From Chrysemys picta bellii (Eukaryota), in the NCBI RefSeq assembly GCF_011386835.1, contig NC_088792.1, forward strand, positions 259,470,001 through 259,534,000: a DNA stretch of 64,000 bases, written 5' to 3'. This document shows, one piece after another, positions 11,200 to 23,769 of this stretch. The translations under genes were made by a program, and so were the position numbers. Positions within the stretch are counted from its first letter, which is position 1; each line of letters starts with the position of its first letter. The notes below the pieces were generated by a model that saw only the letters and a program-made list of their open reading frames with translations, was not told the DNA's origin and did not search any database.

Positions 11200-12350
11200 T
11201 CTAAAATTACACCCCACGTCAAACTTGTTCAATTCCCAGAGCGGAGGCAGCAGCCGGTTTCCTTAAACAGAGGGCGACGAGCGACCCCGGGCCCAGCACC
11301 ACTGCGGATGCGCTCACACGAGGGAGCTGAGCTGCGCTGCTCGAACTGGCACAGTTCACACGGGACAGCTCAGCTCCGCGCAGCCGTGGCGGCCAAGCCC
11401 GGCGCGGGCGGTGACGGGTAGCGCAGGGCCCAGCACACGTGGGGGCACAAGAGCGAACTGGGCTGAACGCTGGGTCCCTCCTCGACGCGCCCTGGGGGAG
11501 CAGCGCTCGCGCGGCCACTTCCAGCCTCCAACCCCCCCCCCACCAGCCCCGTTACGTAGCAGCCACTGGGCGATAAAGAGGCTGGCTCCGCTCCCAGCTT
11601 GCCACTGAGGCGCAGCGAGAGTAGGTCCAAGCTTGACCCGCCCCTATGCCTCCCCACGTGGGGCGCGCATGGCGGCGGCACGCGCCTGTCGTCCCCAGGC
11701 GGTGCGTGTCAGGCAGCTCGCGAGCTGCCCAGGGTGAGTTAGGGCCTCAGGCCAGGGGTCCTTCAATACCATCTCCTGCCCCGCCCCCTTCGCCGCGCAG
11801 TGTCCCCGCCTTCAGCTCGCGCCGGTTGGAGGAGGCTGGGGAAGGGGCGTGGTCGGAAGGGGCGGGACAGTCTCCGGTGACAGGAGGCCGAGGTGGCGGG
11901 CACGGGGGGCCATGGCAGCGGCGCTGGAGCGCGCGCCTAGCTTTGAATGAGGGGCGCTCGCGCTTGGAGAGGGAAGCGGCTCTGGGTGCGGCAGCGCGCG
12001 CCCCCCTCGGCTCGAGCTGCCTTGCGCCCTCCGGAGCCCCCTCCCTTCTGGGCAGGTGAGTTAGAGAACGCGCTGCGCGCGCAGCTCCCCCCCCCCCCCC
12101 CCCGGTTCCGTGACCGTCGCTCACTCGCTGCCTCGGGCTCTTCTTCCGGGTCCGGTGGCTGGGGCGCACGGTTCGCGTGCCCCGTTCAGCCCCTAGGCCT
12201 GTCTCTTCGGGGGTTGCTGGTCCCTTACTAGTCTCTCCTCTTAACGGCTGCTGCCTTCAGGCAACTCGATGTAGCGGTGAACGTGCCAATGTTGGGCTGG
12301 GAGTCCTTCCCCCCCCTCCCCCCCCCCCCCCCCACACCTGTTCAGCATCC
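11200..12350 (+). promoter_or_regulatory. EBAG9: CpG island; probable EBAG9 promoter and non-coding first exon(s)
   Basis: The only long CpG-dense, non-repeat stretch upstream of the EBAG9 ATG exon. Contains a GC box (GGGGCGGG ~11859), an ETS-like CTTCCGG (~12143) and consensus donors AGG|GTGAGT (11733/11734) and CAG|GTGAGT (12055/12056). Confidence 0.8.
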
Positions 12351-12909
12351 CTAGTGCCAGCCCGGGGACCCCTGTGCCAAGCACAGCCCATGGACTAATG
12401 GGTGTGCTTAGGTCCCTGGCCCACAGCAGGGCTCCAACTGGCGTAGCCAGGGGTCTTGGGCGGAGAGACAAGGGAGCATGTGACCTCGAGGTGTTTAGTT
12501 GCCACCACTGTTCCTTATTGAGTGTCTTGGGCTTTGTTCCGGTCTCCTTCCCTGTGCCGCCCGCAAACTCTGGTATCAGTTGTTGCATAGTGAATGTTGA
12601 CTTGTAAACTACAGTAATGACGAGGGTGCAGACTTTACACCCCAGTTAAATAAAGAGGGATAGAAGGGACCACCCCTCTTGCAGCTTTTGTTTCAGGCTG
12701 TCTCTTTGCCGATTTAGGAAGACAGACATTCTTCCGTGTACGATCATTTCCTGTTTCACAGGTTTCCTTCCCACCATGTCAATTGGAGAACTTAATATAT
12801 TTATTGGTTTAAAGAAGGCTTTGATTCTGGAGTGTCTGGATATGGGCCACAGAGCTCAAGTGATGTAATGTGGCTTCTGGGTCAGGTGTCTGATACTATA
12901 TTTTTGTAT

Positions 12910-13950
12910 AATCATAGAACTGTAGGGCTGGAAGGGATCTCGAGAGGTCATTTAGTCCAACTCTCTATGCTGAGGCATAACCAAGGTAGACCATCCCTGA
13001 TGGGTTTTTGTCCAAACAATGCTCAGAAACCTTCAATGTTTTGAATTCCACAACCTCCCTTGTAAGCCTATTCCAGTGCTTAACTATGCTTAAAGTTAGA
13101 AAGATTTTCCTAATATTTAACCCAAATCTCCCTTGTTACAGATTAAGCTAATTACTTCTTGTCCTACCTTCATTGGACATGGAGAACAATTGATCACCAT
13201 CCTTTTTGTAAGAACCTTTAACATACTTGAATGCTATCAGTTTAGCCCCTCAGTCTTTTTTTCCCCTCAAGACTAAACATAACCAGGTTTTTAAACCTTT
13301 CCTGAGAGGTCAGGTTTTCTAAATCTAAATCTTACTGCTGCTCTCTGGACTCTCTCCAGTTTGTCCACAACTTTCTTAGTGTGGTGCCCAATACTGGACA
13401 CAGTACTCCAGCTGAGGCCTCACCAGTACTGAGCAGAGTTGAATAATTACCTCCCATGTCTTACGTAGGCACTCTTGTTAATACACCTCCAGAATATTAA
13501 CCTTTTTTGCAACTGCATCATGTTGTTGACTTGTGTTCAATTTGTGATCCACTATAACCACCAGAGCCTTTTTGCCTAGCCAGTTATTCCCCCTCTTTTA
13601 TTTCAGCAGTGGATTTTTTTCCTCCCTAATTATAGTACTTTGCACTTGTCTTTGTTGAATTTTATCTTGTTGATTACAGCCCAATTATCCAATTTATTCA
13701 GGCCATTTTGAATTTAATCCTGTCCTCCAGAGTGCTTGAAATCCTGTTTACTGTCATCTTCAAGTTTTATAAGCATTCTCTCCACTCCATCATCCATGTC
13801 ATTCATGAAAATATTGAATAGTACCAGACCCAGGACTGACCCCTGCAAGACCGCACTAGCTACACCCTCCCAGTTTGACAGCAAAGCATTGATAACTACT
13901 TTTTGAGCATGGTCTTTTAACCAGTTGTGCATCTACCTTAGTAATTTCAT
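12910..13950 (-). mobile_element. CR1 LINE 3' portion
   Basis: Starts with the CR1 tail (AATCATAGAAC). ORF 13714-13932 contains RT motifs (GV.QGSVLG.VLFNIF.ND.DDG..LIK..DD). Confidence 0.85.
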
Positions 13951-13954
13951 CTAA

Positions 13955-14340
13955 CATAATGGCCATACCAATGGTCCATCTAGCCCAGTGTCCTGTCTTG
14001 CAACAGTGGCCAATGGCAGATGCTTCAGAGGGAATGAACAGAACAGGGCAATTATTGAGTGATCTATCTCCTGTCATCCAGTCCAACACCTGGCAGTCAG
14101 AGGCTTAGGGATATCCAGAGCATGGGGTTCTGGCCCTGACCATCTTGACTATTGATGGAGCTATCCTCCAGGAACTTATCTAATTCTTTTTTGAACCCAG
14201 TTACACTTTTGGCCTTCATAGCATCCCCTAGCAATAAGTTCCACTGGTTGACTGTGTTTTGTGTGAAGAAGTACTTCCTTTTTTGTTTTAAACCTGCTGT
14301 CTATTAATTTCATTGGGTGACCCCTAGTTTTTGTTTTGTG
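13955..14340 (-). mobile_element. CR1 3' UTR fragment (second subfamily)
   Basis: GGCCATAC..CAATGGTCCATCTAGCCCAG..CAGAGGGAATGAACAGAAC, homologous to the copies at 30230-30365 and 53194-53376. Confidence 0.75.
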
Positions 14341-14344
14341 TAGA

Positions 14345-15870
14345 CAATGTCATATGGGATAGTGTGAAAATCAAGTCTACAGCTTCCCCTATAATCCTCT
14401 AGATACTTACAAAGTGACTATTTAATAACTTGTTCCAGTATCTATCCAGGTATCAAAGTTATGCTGACTGATCAATAATTCCTCAGGTCCTCTTTGTTTC
14501 CCCCCTTAGATAGGTGCCATTCTCCCATCATCTGGGACTTCACCTGTTTTCCATGAGTTCTTGATGATTGCCTCAGCTAGTTCTTTAAGTACCCCAAGCT
14601 TAATTTTGTCAGCCCCTGTCAACTTGAATACATCTAACTTGTCTTGGAACAGTTTACCAAGGGTTGTGGTGGAGTATTCATCACTGATATTTTTTAAATA
14701 AAGATTGAAGGCTTTTCTAAAATATATGCTCTAGCAATTATTTTGGGGAAGTTCTATGGCCTATATTACATAGGAGGTCAGATTAGATGATCACAATGGT
14801 CCCTTCCAGCCATGGAATCTATGAATCTAAATAGTCTTTAATCTGTTCTTTCCCTATTATGACTTGTGTTCCTTTCCCCTTGTTGTTAATATTAATTGTG
14901 TTTAGTATCCGGTCACCGTTAATCTTTTTGGTAAAGAAGGAAGCAAAATAGGAATTAAACACCTCTGCCTTCTTGGTGTCATCCATTATAAGCTCTCCTT
15001 TCCTGCTATGTAATGGACCTTCACTTTCTTTCATTTTTTCTCTTGCTCCTAATGCATTCATAGCACCTCTTCTTGTTTCCTTTCATGTCCCTGGATAGAT
15101 GTAATTCATTTTATGCCTTAGGCTTTCTGATTTTGTGCTTACTTTCTTGTGCTATTCATTTGCGGTCACTCTTAGCAATTTGTCCGTTTCCATTTTTTGT
15201 AGAGCTCCTTTTTGATTTTCAGGTCATACGGTGCAGTCATATTGGTCTTGTTCTGTTCTTCCTTTGCATTGGGATAGTGCGCTGTTGTGCCTTTTATATT
15301 GTCTCTGAGAAACTGCCAGCTCTCCTGAACTCCTTTTTCCCATGGGATCTTACATGCCAGTTGTTAAAGCTAGATTTTTTTTTTTTTAAATCCACTTCTG
15401 CGCTGTCCTTCCTTTCCTTAGAATCATGAAGTCTTTCATTTCATGATCACTTTCATCCAGGTTTCCTTCAATCTTCAGATCTGCAATCAATTCCTTCTTG
15501 TTAGTCAGATTTAAGTCTAAAATAGTGTCTCGTTATTTCCTCCACCGTCTGAAACAATAAGTTGCTCTCAATCTATTCCAAGAATGTATTGAAGGTTTTG
15601 TGTTTTTTACTGTATTATTTTTCCAACAGATGTCGGGGTAGCTGAAGTCCCCCATTACTACCAAGTCTTGCATTGTGGATATTTCTGATATTTGTTTTAG
15701 AAATTCCTCATCCACCTCCTCCTCCTGATTTGGAGTTCTATAGTAGACTCCCACCATGATGTTTTTTTCCCCCCTTCTGGCTTCACCCAGAGACTTTCAA
15801 CTGGTCTGCCTTTCACCTTCTTGTGGGCCTCAGAATAAGTGAATGGATTATTGATTTATAATGCAGCAGC
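14345..15870 (-). mobile_element. CR1 ORF2 5' part (APE endonuclease remnant) with a plus-strand CR1 3' end nested at ~14646-14828
   Basis: ORF 15533-15757 VGVYYRTPNQEEEVDE..LVVMGDFSYPDICW (endonuclease motifs). ORF 14819-15061 KAEVFNSYFASFF. The nested piece ends in GGAATCTATGAATCT. Confidence 0.82.
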
Positions 15871-16142
15871 TCCTCCATTTTTTTTTCCCGTCTGTCCTTC
15901 CTGAACAAGCCATACCCCTCTATATCAATATTCCCATCATGAAGCTGTGCCATTGTTCTGAAGAATGATGGACTTCTATATAGGATGCTGTTGCATTTGT
16001 TGACTGGTATTTCATGTAGCTCTGATATGTTGTTAATAATAATACTTAGAAATTATATAGTAATTTCTATTCTAAAATCTCCATGTGCTTAAAAATATTA
16101 ATACATTTATCCTGCCAGACTCTTAAAAAAAAGAATCTGAGG

Positions 16143-17149
16143 CAGTGGTTACCATCCCGTTGATCGCGATTGACTGGTCGATCCTGGAGACTCTCCCAGT
16201 TGATCGCGATCTCTGGCGGCAGCAGGGCTGCCTGCCCTGGCCCCACGCTGCTCCTGGAAGCGGCCAGCACGCCCCTGAGGGGGAGGGCAGGGGTCTCCAT
16301 GCGCTGCTCCTGCCTGCAGGCACCGCCTCCACAGCTCCCATTTGCCAGGAATGGGAAGCTGTGGCCAATGGGAGCTGTGGGGGCGGTGCCTGCAAAGAGG
16401 GGCAGCACGTGGAGTCATGTGACCCTCCCTCCCCCCTCAGGGCCGCAGGGGCATGTTGGCCCCTTCTGAGAGCAGCGTGGCCATGTGGTGCACTACTGGC
16501 TGGCAGGGTGGGGAGGTGGCCTGGCTCATGATGGGGAGGAGGTGCCAATGTGCCTGAGTGGGGCCGGGGCAGGCAGGGAGCCTGCCTTAGCCCCGCTGTG
16601 CCGCCGCCCAGGAGCTGCCCGTGGTAAGTGCCCCATGGTGGGAGCCTGCACCCCAACCTCCTTCTGGAGCTAGCACCCCAAACCCTCTTTTGCACCCCAA
16701 GCCCCAGCCCTGAGTCCCCTCCCAGAGCCAGCACCCCATACCCCCTCCTACACCCCAACATTTTGTCCCAGCCCAGAGCCCCATCCTGCACCCAAACTTC
16801 TTCCCAGAGCTTGCACCCCCCACTCACTCCTGTACCCCAATCTCCTGTTCCAGGTTCAGCCCAGAGCTCCCTCCCACACTGCGAACCCCTTGGCCCCAGC
16901 CCAGAGCCTGCACCCCCTCCTGCACCCGAAGCCCCTACCCCAGGCTCAGCCCAGAGCCCACACCCCCTCTTGAACCCCAACCCCCTGCCCCAGTCCAGTG
17001 AAAGTGTGTGAGGTTGGGGGACAGTGAGCGACGGAGAGAGGTGGGGATGGAGTGAGCGGGGTGGGGCTTTGGGAAAGGGGCGGGGTAGATCCTGGGTTGC
17101 CCTTAAATTCAAAAAGTGATCTTGGGCGTAAAAAGTTTGGAGACCACTG
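16143..17149. mobile_element. GC-rich hAT (Charlie-like) MITE
   Basis: TIRs CAGTGGT...ACCACTG, TSD ATCTGAGG/ATCTAAGG (7/8). Accounts for the long low-complexity ORFs at 16.1-17.1 kb. Confidence 0.85.
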
Positions 17150-17313
17150 ATCTAAGGTAACTATTACTATTTTTAGATGTTTCAGTGACTTATCACTTAT
17201 TTATTTTTAAAAAGATTTTTGTCTTCTAGATTGTCAAGATAATTAGCAATGTAGAAGATAGCAGTTCCTGTCCTAGAGTATTTACAATGTTCAACAATAG
17301 CAGACAGAAGGGA

Positions 17314-18319
17314 TGTTACACTTTGGGACACTTTCATCCAGACCAGTTGTGTTACTACCTGCCCTGTAATCCTGGGTGGGTTCTGTGCTGTGTAGCTTTG
17401 TCTCAAAGTCCTGACACCATCAGCATGCTTACCGCACAATGGGCTCACCGTGCCTTCCACCAGCCTGGTTATTCCTTGCCAAGTGAACCAACATCCATTC
17501 CAATCCCAAGTCTCCCCCAAATCGTCTCCCCTGCAGTGTCCAGTCCTTCTCACTGGACCCTCTCAGAAGTTATCGAGTTCATTGTCTCCAAAGAGACAGA
17601 ATACACGCCACCCTGTTATTCTGGTTGGAGATCCACACTTCAGCTTAATACACCATAGCGAGATGGCTTTGTAAGAATAATAATTTTAAAAAATAACAAA
17701 ACACTGGTGTAAGTGATTTCAAGTAAGAGTGTAAGAGATAAAACAAACCACATGTTTTCTAGTGACTAAAACTTAATTCTAGCAAGTTACGATCTTTGCC
17801 TAAGCAGTTTGCTTATTTACATGAAGTTATTAGCATCCTTAGTTCTCCAGACCAGGGGGCCCAACTTTCATAGGCTTGAAGGGTGCTGTCCCGTCAGTGA
17901 TAGATACCAAAATGGTTTTTTGCCTTGGGTTACATTGTCAAATACATTGTCCCTGTTTCACGAGGCATCCGGTGGGTGCAATCTCCATCACCCATCTTAG
18001 TTTAAGTGGTCATCATTCCTCACATGCTCACCTGATGGTTATGATTACCCTGCCTGTAAATGTGCTTTTCATTGTCTTTGGTATCACCTTCCTTAATTTA
18101 CATTGGATACACAGTCAGGCCTGTGAAACAACATTCCTTTGTCTAGGATAGTCTGTCCATAGGCACTGTCTGCCAAACACATTTTAGGAACATATTTCCA
18201 GCACACATCTATGATTCTTTATGCATCACCTGTACATACATCACACAATAATAATGACTAGTGTATTCCAGTTTGCATAAGACACCTAACACGACACCTT
18301 TTAGATCCAGATTATGACA
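17314..18319. mobile_element. Probable solo LTR
   Basis: ~1 kb with TGTTAC...ATGACA ends and a reptile LTR-like composition. No TSD resolved. Confidence 0.4.
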
Positions 18320-18572
18320 ACAGCAAATCAACGCAATGAGAGTGAGACCTGATGAGAATTATGGTAAGGTGGGCCCTCTGCCAGTTGGCATTGAAGTGCT
18401 TCCTGGGTCACAGAAGTATTTTTCCTTTTTTTTTTTTTTTTTTTTTCCCAGACAGGGAAACTGAGACAGAGAATTTGAGTGAGTAGTCCAAGGTGATTCT
18501 GGCAGAATTTGTTCTGTTGAGTCCAGAGGTAGTCAATAGGTGGATTGCAGGTCAAATCTGGGCCACCAGATG

Positions 18573-19430
18573 CTTTCTTGCAGAAAGAGCAGCCCGTTGG
18601 AGCTAGCTGGTCGGGGCTTGGAACCAGGATGGACCAGCAGCCCACCTATCAGCTCCCCTAAATTCCCTGTGCGGCAGCCGCCCAGCAGGCTATCAATTGC
18701 CGGGCAGTTCAGCTGTCCCTCCCTCCACTGCCGTGTGCTGCTTCTGCCCTCTGCCTTGGAGCTGCTCCTGGGAGCATCCTGTTTGCTGTGCGGGGGCGTG
18801 GGGAGAAGGCAGGAAGAGGGGTGCTAATATCAGGGTGTCCACCTGCTCCTGTACCCCATCTCCACAGAGCCAGGGGTGGGGAATACGACAGGTCTCAGGA
18901 TGGAGGGAGTTTGCTGGCAGCCACTGCAGTATACTTAGAGTGGGGTCAGTGTACTTAAAGGGGCAATGCGTGTCTCTCTCTCAGACACATGGTGTGTGTG
19001 TGTGTGTGTGTGTGTCTCTGTATCTCTTTGCCATGCTGTGTCTCCTCCCTCCATTTGTGCTGCCTTGTAGTGTGAGGATACATTAGCAACAATGTGTTAA
19101 CCCTTGAGGGCTCAGCCGAGTGTTAGTTCATCATTTAGCAGTAAGGCATTTTTAAGGAAATATCCCACCCTGTGACTCCACCACCTTAACCAAGCTTCAC
19201 AATCATCATTGCTGGGTACAGGATTAAATTATTTGTTTAAAACTTATACTGTGTGTGTGTGTGTAGATACAGAGAGAGTCTTTTGTCTGGCGAGAAGAAT
19301 TTCCCTGGAACCGAACCCACTCTATTTACATTAATTCTTATGGGGAAATTGGATTCACTTAACATCGTTTCGCTTAAAGTAGCATTTTTCAGGAACATAA
19401 CTGCAACATTAAGCGAGGAGTTACTTACTG
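18573..19430 (+). mobile_element. Tc1/mariner (Tigger-like) MITE, 5'-truncated copy
   Basis: Colinear with 26490-27346, ends in TTAAGCGAGGAGTTACTTACTG+TA. Confidence 0.85.
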
Positions 19431-19623
19431 TATAAGCTTGTGGAATATGAAGTTATTTCCTTGCTCTCATGTATAAAATTTTACACCTAAGTAGATATGT
19501 GGTTTAGTTTAGGTGGTTTTCTTTTGCATAATTGCGCTTTAGTTAACCACTTTGTACTTGTCTCCAGCATTTAGGGCAGCTGCAGCAGAAGGTGTACAAT
19601 TATGGCGACTTCTTAAACAATAA

Positions 19624-19890
19624 CTGAAGAACCTCAGAGTTACGAACACCTTGGAAATGGACATTGTTCGTAACTCTGAACAAAGTGTTATGGTTGTTCC
19701 TTCAAAAATTTACAACTGAACATTGACTTAATACAAATTTGAAACTTTACTATGCAGAAGAAAAATGCTGCATTTAACCATCCTAAATTTAAATGAAACA
19801 AGCACAGAAACAATTTCCTTACCTTGTCAAATCTTTTTTTTAACCTTTCCTTTATTCTTTTAGTAGTTAGATAAATATAAAAACCTACAC
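19624..19890. mobile_element. Tigger-like DNA transposon fragment
   Basis: GAACCTCAGAGTTACGAAC...GTTCGTAACTCTGAAC subterminal inverted motif. Confidence 0.5.
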
Positions 19891-21039
19891 ACACACATTC
19901 TGAGATTCTGCTGTAGTAGAATAATACCTAGGAATTCTAAAGCACTTGACAAACAGTAATTAAGCCTCTATCGTGGCAGATAGGTAGATGTAACCATAAA
20001 AGCTGTGACTTGACTGATTCTCAGCATTGCTCTGCCTCATCCTTGGAATAATGTAGAAAAAGTGCATGTGATAAAAGGAAGTGCTTGTTTTGGGCAGCCA
20101 CATATTCAATATGTGGTAATTCCTGTCCTATGAGGTGTCTTCCTTTAATTAACCAGATATGTATTGCAGCAGCTAAGTTGGCTACAATAGGGCCAACAAA
20201 TATAGTAAACTGAGAAAAATTGGGCTTGGAAAACTTACCTTTCATCCTGGCTAATAGATACAAGTAAGTGCGATGTCATGACTCCCAAGCCAAGGAAAGA
20301 AACCATTTTCACCAAATTTTGTACTGAATTTACTTCTGTCAGTGAACTTCCTATTTAATGTTTGTTTATTAACTTTGGCTCTTCCACTGCTATCCTACCA
20401 TCTTTCCCTTCCTGGCTCCATTTCTCTCCTTTACTGTATAGGTCAGAATGTATCTTTCTTTTTCCTCTGCAGTCGTCACTGTCATCTGTCCTTTTATTTT
20501 GCCTTTTGTTGTCATGTTTATGTAATCTCTCTATAGTGTGTTCTCTCCATTCTTCCTTCAACTTATTAATTCAATACTATATTTATCTAATGTATTTCAT
20601 CGGTCCTTTTTCGTGCACTTAAATATCTAGGGACACTCTTCCCCGGACACCTACTGTAACATCCAGAGGACTAAACCTACAAGCCCAGCAGCTTCCAAAG
20701 TGTCTGTCTATAGAGAGCTGGCTGATCATGTACAACTGACTCTTGTTTCCAACTAATAACTCACAGTAAAAGAAACCTAATATGAAACGTTTGATGTAAG
20801 ACTACTTTGCTATGTAAGCAACTGATGTAGTTACGTCACTGCTGCTATTTGATCACCGATGGGAGGAGAGGTGGCCCTAGTGATCATGAAGGTAGAAAGG
20901 TGATATACAAGATAATCTATTGAGATGTGGATCATGCTGTGAAAATGTTGACCAATCTAAAATATATGGGAGCCAATGTCCAGATGAGAGCTATTATATG
21001 TATTACAACAATACTTAAAGCCCCCAATTAAAATTGGGG

Positions 21040-21850
21040 CTTCGATGTGCTAAGTGCCGAACATACACACAGTAAAAAACAGTCCCTTTCCCCCAAAATT
21101 TCTAATCTAAATAGACAAGACAAAGAGTGGGGAAATATTATCCCTGTTTTACAGATGAGGAACCCAGGCACAGAGATTAAGTAGCTTGCCCACAGTTACA
21201 CAAGAAAACTGACAATACAGTAACTCCTCACTTAACGTTGTAGTTATGTTCCTGAAAAATGCTACTTTAAGTGAAATGATGTTAAGCGAATCCAATTTCC
21301 CCATAAGAATTAATGTAAATGGGGGGGGGGGGAGGGGCTAGGTTCCAGGGAATTTTTTTTCCCCAGACATAAGACTATGTATACTTACACAATATGAGAT
21401 TTAAATAATTTTAAACAAACAATTCAATACTGTACTCACCAGTGATGATTGTGAAGCTTGGTTGAGGCAGGGGCGTAGTGAGGTCGGGGCGCGGGGGCTT
21501 GCCCCGCTCCTCCCACCCAGCACTCCTGCTGGGGTGCAGGGTTGGGATGTGGGCTTACCCCACTCCACCCACCCGGCATTCCAGCTGGGAAGCAGGCAAG
21601 CCCCAGACCACGCTCCACGGCAGGAGCACCAGGCGGGCGGAATGGGGCAAGCTAAACAACCTTACAACGGAACATTGTGCAACTTCAAACAAGTATATTC
21701 TCTAATTGTTCATTATTAGATTGCTGATCTACGTTAACTGGACAACTTTAAATGATGAGTGGCTGTATGGGAACTAAACCCAGACCTCTTGAGTCCCAGT
21801 CCAGTGCTCTAACCACAAGATTAATTCTCTTCACTCTTCCCACTGCCACT
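21040..21850 (-). mobile_element. CORE-SINE (MIR-like) interrupted by a Tigger-like MITE
   Basis: Core motif TTTTACAGATGAGGAA..AGGCACAGAGA..AAGT..CTTGCCCA left of the insertion; GAACTAAACCCAG..CTCTTGAGTCCCAGTCCAGTGCTCTAACCAC resumes to the right. Confidence 0.7.
21218..21765 (-). mobile_element. Tc1/mariner (Tigger-like) MITE, reverse orientation, internally deleted
   Basis: TA+CAGTAACTCCTCACTTAACG, the reverse complement of 27240-27346. Degenerate right TIR followed by TA. Confidence 0.82.
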
Positions 21851-23769
21851 AAGCAATGTTAAGATACTAGGATTCCTCCTACCATAGTGCTGTCCTATCA
21901 TATTGCTCTATCTAGTAGGTGTCTGATAAACTCGAAATCTCTTCCCTCTTGCTGGAAAGGAGAATGAGCACTTTCTAACTCCCCTAATATGCCTGATATT
22001 ATATAAAAACTAAATTTGTATTCAAGGCAGGAAACATCAAAGTTAATGTTGCTTGTGCATATGAATCCATAGAACAGTTTCAGAAGGGAAGAATTTCCAT
22101 TGTTACACTGCAAGAAAGTGCATCAAACAAGTAGTTGAAAGGAAATTCTATAAATAACCCATGGCTTTTAATACCTGCTGTTTTTCCATCTACACAAACT
22201 GATTGGCAAGCAGCCTCCCCACCAAGAGCAAATAAGCAAGCATTTCCCTGTTATGTGCTCCTGCCGACTGTACCTGAGTGGGATGCCTGACTAAAGTACC
22301 AGCCCTTACTAATCAAATACAACCCAGGAGTCAGCTTTGTTATACAAAAATGTATTACAGTGCATGGTGATATTGAGGGACTTTTTTGAAAAAATCTAAT
22401 TGGCAGTATAAAGTCACTGTCAGAAATACCATTTTAATGTTTCTTATCATGTTAGCCTTCACTTTCCTGCAGTAATAATAGTTAGCTGTCAGTAGTTTCT
22501 GTTGCTAGAGGACTCTGCATTGGTTTGGCTCATACAGTTGCTGAGGGAATGGGGGTTATTGTAACTAGGAATGGTGATTGGAATGAAAAATTAATGGGTA
22601 AAAGAGGAAAACAAAAGAATATTAAGGTCTTCCATTTTCAGTGGCTCATTTGGAATACGATCAGTTCTGACGCAACTGTTATCTTTGTATTGTGGCAGTG
22701 TGCTCAGCCTCTCCTTTCAAGCAAGAAGTGATGCAAAGGTTGTGTATGGCTATACAAAAAAAGCCCCCACTACAATTTTGAAATGTTAACATTACACTTT
22801 TTGGGAAGAAAGTAGAACAAACAACTTGGGGGTTGTCAAGGGAGAGAATAGCTGGTAATGTCGTCCAAACAGTTAAAAGTATAATGAGGTATATCAACAT
22901 GTGGTAATGACACGACTTGAGGATGCACTACACAGGGTGTACACTGCCTTTTCAGTGACATTGAGCATGGTATATTAAAGGGGCTTTACAGCCCTGATTT
23001 AATATCTTTACGAATCCAAAAGAGCTCAGTGACTTCTTTTTTGGGGGGAGGGGGCGGAGGCTGGAGGGGACCTAAATAGAGCAATATAATATACCTTAGG
23101 TAGTGATGGTGCAGTGTTGTAGGTGCAGGCCAATCCCACCCTCCACACATGGTGGTAATATTGAGGAGTTAAAGGAAAACAAATTCTAATCTGCAGAAAT
23201 ATCTGATTCTTAGTAATAAAAATGCAATGATATTAACTAAAGCTAAGCCTTTTAAGAAACAGCTGCTCCCAATGGTTCTGCTTGCTGCATCATGTGTCCT
23301 AGGGATTGGTGGAAATACCTGAAATCCTCTGTTGTGACAATTTGGGGAGGCTGGACAACCAGAGCTGCTTCAGTATCTTTCTGATGCTAAGTACTTCCTC
23401 CCAACTGGCCAATGGACAGTAAATGTCAGTTGAAGCCCGTCAGTAAGATGGAAGACAAAGTATCTCTGTATAAATCTCAGGTGGGCATTAGTTGTTCACT
23501 GTTGGGATTTCAGCTAGAGTGTGGTTTCTAATTCTGTCATTAAACTAACAACGTCTTACATTTACAGTGTTTTCCAACACTTCATAATAAATTAGTGTAT
23601 CTCTATATTCTATTTTCTGCCTTACCTCACTCAATAAAACTACTTGTATCATCCCTGTTACTTTGCCTCTTCTTCTTTCGCAATCATAACTTTTCCTCTT
23701 CTTTCAATGCAGAACTTGCCCTTTGTCCAGCACAAACTTCCACTCTTCCCAGACACTGTTGGTACATTC

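Noticed and set aside
11137-12607. Many overlapping 60-140-aa ORFs on both strands
   Set aside because: Expected in a GC-rich CpG island with few stop codons. Low-complexity P/A/G/R content and no recognisable domain.
16123-17112. Longest ORF in the track (329 aa, minus strand) and similar ORFs at 1728, 18540-19086, 26527-26871 and 62526
   Set aside because: They lie within GC-rich non-autonomous MITEs defined by TIRs and TSDs, are low complexity, and show no transposase motifs.
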